Below, piece by piece: positions 48,791 through 53,545 of a DNA stretch of 53,545 nt; position 1 is the stretch's first letter, and each line of letters opens with the position of its first letter. The notes under the pieces were generated by a model that ran no database searches, was not told where the DNA came from, and saw nothing but the letters and a program-made list of their open reading frames with translations. The stretch is from an uncultured Planctomycetaceae bacterium (GTDB taxonomy: Bacteria; Planctomycetota; Planctomycetia; Planctomycetales; Planctomycetaceae): positions 1 to 53,545 of the forward strand of contig CAYNWT010000001.1 of the NCBI GenBank assembly GCA_964400945.1, read 5' to 3'. Both the position numbers and the translations under genes were made by a program.

Positions 48791-50358
48791 GCCTGACGAC
48801 GGCCTGTGTCTGGTCATTCATCCGCGCGATTGTGGTTGCGCTGTTGTGCCTGCCCATCGCGTGGCGGGTGGCGGGGACGCTGCGGACGTGTTCCGAACGA
48901 ACGCGACGGTGGCTTCTGGCCGCGTTGTTGGTTCCATTCCTGATGCCGGGTTTGCTGATCGGCTTCGTGTATTCCGAAACGACGCTGCGGGTCGTGCGCG
49001 AGTTGTCTGATCCGAGCGCGACGGTCGTCCCACCGACTCAATTGCGCCTGCCGCAGTCGATGGATCGACCAATGAACTCGGCGGATGTTGTTGCCGAGGG
49101 ACTGTACGGTCTGATCTTGCTGCTGCGGTATGTGCCGGTGGCCGCGTTGATGATTTGGTTGCTACCCGCGCCACGGATGTCGGCCGAAGCAATTCACTGT
49201 CGGCGATTGTTGCGGCGTGCGCGGAATGAGCCGCAGGGCGTTAGCCCCGGTTCCGGTGGCTCACCCGCGCGTCCAACCGGGGCTAACGCCCTGCGGCTCA
49301 CGGGTTGGCTAAGCGACCTTGCGCGCGGCCCTTTCAGCGCGATGCTGCCCGCGTTCGCGGTGGTCTTCCTGCTGACGTTTCAGGAGTTCGAAATCGCGTC
49401 GTTGCTGCAGATCAGTCGCTCGCCCGTCTCGTGGGCGGTTTGGCTGTTTGATAATCACGCGGGTGGTTTGGTGCTGTCTCGATCGCTTCTGCTCACAATT
49501 GGTCCTGTCGTCTGCGAAGTTCTGGTAGTTGGGACAGTCTTCGCGTTGATGCTGCAGGGGCGAACTCATGACGCGGTTCAATCATCAGCAATCGGAAAAG
49601 CAAGCTGGCCTGTTTCGTTGATCGTGGCGGCACTAGCGCTGGTCGTTGTTGTGTTCGCACCACTGGTTCGAATGAGTCGCGGGTTGTCCGTCGGTGTTCA
49701 GAGCCTCGTGAATCAACCGACGATGCTCGCTTCGTTCGGTGAAGAACTACTGATCAGCCTGGGGTTTGCAATCACCAGCGGCTTGACTGCATTTTGGATT
49801 TCTGGAGCACTGTTCGATCGCAGTCGGGTGCGAGTTCCACTCGCCTTGATTTGCGTGGCGCCCGGCCTGATCGGAGCATTGGTTCTGAGTCTCGTGGCAC
49901 TCGCCTTGTTCCAGCTACCCGCAATGAACTTCGCCTATGACACGCCGCTCCCGATGCTTCTTGTGTTGGTTGTGTTCCTGCTCCCACGCGCGCTGTTGTT
50001 GCGGTTGGTGTTCTTCGCGCGGCAACCGGGCGAACCGGTTGTTCTCTCGCAGCTACTGGCGCGCTCGGAAGACTCTGGTCTCCGACAGAGTGGGCGAAAC
50101 TTGCTCTGGGCTCTCGTAAGCCGGCCCGCATTCTGGGTCGTCGCCTTGCTGACATATTGGGCGTACTGGGATCTGACAATCGCGTCGATCCTGCGGTCGA
50201 TCAACTTAGAACCGTTCACGCCACGGCTGTACAATGACATGCACTATGGACGTAACGAGACACTGACTGCCAAGACGGTTCTGGCTGCGTTGTTTCCTGT
50301 TGTTCTGGCGACGTTGGCTTTACTCCTTCGACGTGGCGTTGAACGGATCCGACGATGA
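48787..50358 (+). CDS. ABC transporter permease, duplicated (two-module) FbpB/ThiP-like
   Basis: ORF 48763..50358. The GTG at 48787 overlaps the binding-protein stop (GTGA). It is ~523 aa and multi-TM, a length typical of fused two-domain iron/thiamine permeases. It carries a palindromic insert at 49227-49300. Confidence 0.7.
   Translation: MSLTTACVWSFIRAIVVALLCLPIAWRVAGTLRTCSERTRRWLLAALLVPFLMPGLLIGFVYSETTLRVVRELSDPSATVVPPTQLRLPQSMDRPMNSADVVAEGLYGLILLLRYVPVAALMIWLLPAPRMSAEAIHCRRLLRRARNEPQGVSPGSGGSPARPTGANALRLTGWLSDLARGPFSAMLPAFAVVFLLTFQEFEIASLLQISRSPVSWAVWLFDNHAGGLVLSRSLLLTIGPVVCEVLVVGTVFALMLQGRTHDAVQSSAIGKASWPVSLIVAALALVVVVFAPLVRMSRGLSVGVQSLVNQPTMLASFGEELLISLGFAITSGLTAFWISGALFDRSRVRVPLALICVAPGLIGALVLSLVALALFQLPAMNFAYDTPLPMLLVLVVFLLPRALLLRLVFFARQPGEPVVLSQLLARSEDSGLRQSGRNLLWALVSRPAFWVVALLTYWAYWDLTIASILRSINLEPFTPRLYNDMHYGRNETLTAKTVLAALFPVVLATLALLLRRGVERIRR
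49227..49300. repeat. perfect 26-bp inverted repeat (22-nt spacer) lying in frame inside the permease gene
   Basis: TGAGCCGCAGGGCGTTAGCCCCGGTT ...22 nt... AACCGGGGCTAACGCCCTGCGGCTCA, checked base by base. It is translated as ...NEPQGVSPGSGGSPARPTGANALRLT... Confidence 0.9.
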
Positions 50359-51350
50359 CAACGCTTTGGGAACTCAACAACGTCTCGCTGGAGACAAATC
50401 GAACCGCGCGTTTGCGCGATGTGACTGTGCGCGTTGAATCCGGTTTGACTGCCGTGTTGGGTTACTCGGGGTGCGGGAAGACTTCGCTGCTGAATCTGCT
50501 TGTTGAATTTGAGAAACCGAGTCGAGGCACAGTCACCAGGAAGTTAGCCAACTCGCGGCTGCCGTTGTTTTGGGTTCCCCAAAACGGTGGGCTTTGGAAT
50601 CACGTGACGGCTCAGGGGCATATTGATGCGGTGAGCGGTGACGAAAGCTGGCTCGCTATGTTCGACCTGGAACATCGCGAGAACTCGCGGCCGCCGGAAC
50701 TCTCGCAGGGCGAACGCGCGCGGTTAGCGGTGGCTCGGGCGGTGGCGAGTCAGGCCGATGTGTTGGTGATGGATGAGCCGCTGGCTCATGTGGATCCGGG
50801 ACGGGTCACAAGTTGGTTCGATGTGATTGTGGGATCGCTCGAGCCACGCGTGAGCGGTACGGCGATAGCCGCCGACGGGACGCCAGAGCAAATGTCGGCC
50901 GCGCCTGTGCCGGGGGCTAGCGCCCGCCCGCTCACGAAGTCGCTCGTCTTCGCCACCCACCAGCCGGAGTTGGTTCTGCGATACGCGGCAAATGTGATTT
51001 GTCTGGATGCTGGGGGGTGCGTGTTTTCCGGTTCAGTTCGCGATTTGTACGAGAAACCGGCGAATTCTCGCTTGGCGAGCCTGCTTGGGCATGGAAACTG
51101 GATTTCAAAAGACGAATCGGCGAAGTGGTTGGATCATGGTGATGACACCACCGGTGTCGTGCGCCCGGAACAGTTACGGGTTGAGAAGTCGAACGATGGA
51201 AAACTGCGAGTCGTCTGGTCGCGAGATTTAGGAGCGATTAAGGAAACTCGGGTCTGTCATGAGGCGTCGAAAGACGAACGGACTTTCGTACATTCGCCGG
51301 GATTGAAGTCTGAGCCTGGAGATTGGGTGCGGTTGGTGGTTTTGGAGTAA
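50355..51350 (+). CDS. ABC transporter ATP-binding protein (FbpC-like, with a C-terminal regulatory/TOBE-like domain)
   Basis: Walker A GYSGCGKTS, signature LSQGERARL and Walker B VLVMDEPLAHVD. The ATG overlaps the permease stop (ATGA). A ~30 aa insert lies before the H-loop (LVFATHQ). Confidence 0.85.
   Translation: MTTLWELNNVSLETNRTARLRDVTVRVESGLTAVLGYSGCGKTSLLNLLVEFEKPSRGTVTRKLANSRLPLFWVPQNGGLWNHVTAQGHIDAVSGDESWLAMFDLEHRENSRPPELSQGERARLAVARAVASQADVLVMDEPLAHVDPGRVTSWFDVIVGSLEPRVSGTAIAADGTPEQMSAAPVPGASARPLTKSLVFATHQPELVLRYAANVICLDAGGCVFSGSVRDLYEKPANSRLASLLGHGNWISKDESAKWLDHGDDTTGVVRPEQLRVEKSNDGKLRVVWSRDLGAIKETRVCHEASKDERTFVHSPGLKSEPGDWVRLVVLE
50850..50935. repeat. imperfect inverted repeat (24-nt arms, 19/24) in frame inside the ATPase gene, related to the 49227 element
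   Basis: GTGAGCGGTACGGCGATAGCCGCC ...38 nt... GGGGGCTAGCGCCCGCCCGCTCAC. The arm consensus TGAGC.G..GGGCG.TAGCCCC is shared with the permease element. Confidence 0.7.
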
Positions 51351-51471
51351 GAAGTTTATTGCGGAGCCGAAGAACGAATTCGGCGTGTTGTTTGGTGGAG
51401 TAAGGACGTTGAGAACGCGGGGTCAGCAATTGAGCATGTGGGCAGGAGTCGCAAAGCGACGCCGCGCAAAG

Positions 51472-51659
51472 CCCCCTCTCCCCCGAGTTGAGTCTGTCCA
51501 CGTGAGTAGACTTTGTTCGGGGGAGAGGGTCGGGGTGAGGGGGTTTGAAGGAACTCTTGACGGGCAGGAGATGTGCAATGAACTGTACCCCCTCACCCTA
51601 GCCCTCTCCCCCGCTACGAGTACTGTTGGAGTTGGCCGATCGCGCGCGGGGGAGAGGGG
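51472..51659. repeat. cluster of nested G-rich palindromic repeats (CGGGGGAGAGGG / GGGGTGAGGGGG units)
   Basis: CCCCCTCTCCCCCG (51472-85) pairs with CGGGGGAGAGGG (51518-29). The 26-nt unit at 51518-43 is 23/26 complementary to 51588-613. CCCTCTCCCCCG (51602-13) pairs with CGGGGGAGAGGGG (51647-59). Confidence 0.85.
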
Positions 51660-52572
51660 ACTTTGCCTTCGCTTCGCTTCACTGGTGTTGTGCTTGCTGG
51701 TCTTGGCTGTGGCCGGTTGTTCCAACTCAGACGAAACCGACACGCTCGGCATCAAGAGCGTTCGTTCGTTTCTGTTGCCTCCGGACGGCCACATGATCAC
51801 AGCGCCCCGCGCGGTGAATGTTGGGCCGAACAATGAAATCTATGTGCTCGATGACAACGGGCGCGTTTGTGTGTTTGGCGATCAGAACGAATTGATCGCC
51901 CAATGGCGGATGCCCAACAATGACGTTGGCAATCCGGAAGGCGTTTGCTTCCTTAAGGATGGCCGGATCGTCGTGGCGGACACGCATTACGACCGGCTTG
52001 TGTTCTTTGCTCGCGATGGTGAGGTGCTGAAGACCCTCGGGAAACATGGAACCGAGCCCGGGCAGTTCGTTTACCCGGTTGCGGTCTGTCAGGACGATGA
52101 TGAGTTCATCTACGTCGCCGAGTATGGGGATCATCAGCGAGTTCAAAAATTCGCGTCGGATGGGGAGTTCGTTCTGCAGTTCGGAACACAGGGCACCGAA
52201 CCCGGGCAGTTTCAAAGACCAAGTGGCGTGATTTGGCAGGACGGACAGGTGTTTGTTGCGGACGCATTCAACAATCGCCTGCATGTATTCAAAGATGACG
52301 GAACCTTTGTGAAGGTGCTCGACGACAGAACTAATGAACTTGAGTATCCTTATGACATCACGAAGGCTCCGGATGGCACGCTGTATGTAGTTGAGCACAA
52401 GGCGGGTCGTGTCTCGCACCTCAGTGGCGAGGGCGAGTTACTGGGTCGCTTTGGCAAACGCGGCAGGTCGAAGGGCGAGTTCATCACTCCGTGGGGAATT
52501 TGCTTTCGTGGTCAGTCGCGAATCGTGGTAGCGGACACCGGAAACCGACGAGTTGTGGAGATCGAACTGTGA
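51571..52572 (+). CDS. NHL-repeat beta-propeller lipoprotein (start uncertain)
   Basis: The 5' part of ORF 51385..52572 is made of repeat elements. The ATG at 51571 (GGAG just upstream) or the GTG at 51685 is more plausible. It has a lipobox LVLAVAGCS and repeated G.EPGQF..P.GV......(I/V)(Y/F)VAD....R(V/L)..F blades. Confidence 0.7.
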   Translation: MCNELYPLTLALSPATSTVGVGRSRAGERGLCLRFASLVLCLLVLAVAGCSNSDETDTLGIKSVRSFLLPPDGHMITAPRAVNVGPNNEIYVLDDNGRVCVFGDQNELIAQWRMPNNDVGNPEGVCFLKDGRIVVADTHYDRLVFFARDGEVLKTLGKHGTEPGQFVYPVAVCQDDDEFIYVAEYGDHQRVQKFASDGEFVLQFGTQGTEPGQFQRPSGVIWQDGQVFVADAFNNRLHVFKDDGTFVKVLDDRTNELEYPYDITKAPDGTLYVVEHKAGRVSHLSGEGELLGRFGKRGRSKGEFITPWGICFRGQSRIVVADTGNRRVVEIEL

Positions 52573-53545
52573 AGAAGTTTTTTCAACGGTTGTTCCCACC
52601 ACCGCGCACGCAAGTCACCTGGAAGAGTGCCATTCCGCTGGTGTTGTTCCTGGTTATCTTCGGTGGCGTTTGCTTCTATCTGGACTGGGCCGATCACTTG
52701 ATGTTCGTCCAGCCACTGGCATTTTTGCTGCTGCTGGTCACGCCGTGGATCTGGTGGATGAACATCGCAGGCTATTCGGGTCTGTCGAAGGCTCGATCAG
52801 CAGTGTCACTCATGGTGCGGCTCGCGATCGTCGGCTTGTTCATCATTCTGATCGCGGAACCACGGGCGGTTCGGACGAAGGATGTTGTCAGCACGGTATT
52901 CGCCGTCGATGTATCGGATTCAGTCGATCAGACGACAGACGAAGCACTTGAGTTCGTTTCCGGCTGGGTAAGCCAGAAGACCAAGGAGGAAGACGAAGCC
53001 GGCTTGGTTGTGTTCGGACGGAACGCAGCCGTTGAACTCCCGCCGCGGCAGACGTTCCCATTCGAAGCCATCAACGCGCGAGTCCCGCGCGATGCGACGA
53101 ATATTGAGCAGACGTTGTCGCTCTCCGCAGCACTACTTCCGGAAGAAAACCGTGGGCGCATTGTTCTCATCAGTGACGGCACAGAAACCAGTGGCCACAT
53201 GCGCGAGGTTCTGGACGATCTGAAGTCGCGCGGTATCGCGGTTGATGTGATGCCCATTGAATACAAGTACGACAGTGAAGTGCTGCTCGAACGTTTGGAC
53301 GTGCCGCGGTACGTCAAGATCGGTGAGAACTACGAGGCCGATGTTGTCCTGAGTTCGCGGAAAGCCGGCTCAGGAACATTGACGCTGAAGGAGAACGGCG
53401 AGCAAGTCTTCCAGGACAAGATTGATTTCCCGGCCGGAAAGAAACGCATCACGCTGCCAATCAAACTGCGTGAACCCGGCTACTACGAGTACACAGCGAC
53501 GATCACTCCCGATGAGGGACTGGATCACATCAAGGCGAACAACAC
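52569..53545 (+). CDS. BatA-like N-terminal TM / von Willebrand factor A domain protein, 3'-truncated by the window end
   Basis: Not in the ORF track because there is no stop in the window. Hand translation from the GTG at 52569 (GTGA overlap with the NHL gene stop) is open to 53545. It reads VKKFFQRLFPPP...PLVLFLVIFGG...TPWIWWMN...VFAVDVSDSV (MIDAS DxSxS)...RIVLISDGTETSG. Confidence 0.7.
   Translation, partial: MKKFFQRLFPPPRTQVTWKSAIPLVLFLVIFGGVCFYLDWADHLMFVQPLAFLLLLVTPWIWWMNIAGYSGLSKARSAVSLMVRLAIVGLFIILIAEPRAVRTKDVVSTVFAVDVSDSVDQTTDEALEFVSGWVSQKTKEEDEAGLVVFGRNAAVELPPRQTFPFEAINARVPRDATNIEQTLSLSAALLPEENRGRIVLISDGTETSGHMREVLDDLKSRGIAVDVMPIEYKYDSEVLLERLDVPRYVKIGENYEADVVLSSRKAGSGTLTLKENGEQVFQDKIDFPAGKKRITLPIKLREPGYYEYTATITPDEGLDHIKANN

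Noticed and set aside
51385-51570. N-terminal 62 codons of ORF 51385..52572
   Set aside because: It is composed almost entirely of the G-rich palindromic repeat units (…SGERVGVRG…). The lipoprotein signal peptide and a GGAG-preceded ATG lie downstream.
51472-51659. Possible CRISPR array (repeated 12-26 nt units with 32-44 nt spacers)
   Set aside because: The units alternate in orientation, so they are inverted rather than direct repeats. There are only four partial copies, no cas genes are nearby, and the units pair into hairpins. It is a REP-like palindrome cluster.

Overview
The window looks like a Planctomycetota chromosome segment. This is an inference from a DUF1559 pseudopilin-like gene, G-rich GERG/GVRG-type palindromic repeats and generally weak Shine-Dalgarno use. 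About 31 kb (5.1-35.9 kb) is one contiguous, co-directional block of translation and transcription genes. In order it holds tRNA-Thr/Tyr/Gly/Thr, tuf, rpmG, tRNA-Trp, secE, nusG, rplKAJL, rpoBC, rpsL-rpsG-fusA, the S10/spc/alpha ribosomal protein clusters, secY, rpoA and rplQ. rpmG and rpmJ are too short for the ORF track and were found by hand translation. The block is streamlined. rplX is missing between rplN and rplE, and rpmD, adk, map, infA, rpsD and a second tuf are not at their usual positions. Upstream lie a partial pheT, a PQQ-like beta-propeller protein, small membrane proteins and a sigma-70 factor with a long HTH-rich N-terminus. Downstream (36-53.5 kb) lie an HExxH protein, a SpoVG homologue with an inserted zinc ribbon, ispE, cysK and a DUF1559 gene paired with a zinc-ribbon/TM partner. 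That stretch also holds a coiled-coil membrane protein, an Fe(III)/thiamine-type ABC importer, an NHL lipoprotein and a truncated VWA protein. The best candidate for an undescribed system is a tightly coupled three-gene cassette at 38.55-42.33 kb: an AsnB/beta-lactam-synthetase-like enzyme without the Cys nucleophile, a radical SAM enzyme, and a flavin halogenase-like oxidoreductase. Also notable are related palindromic elements inserted in frame in two adjacent ABC transporter genes, and a nested G-rich palindrome cluster. All family assignments come from reading the translations. No database search was run.
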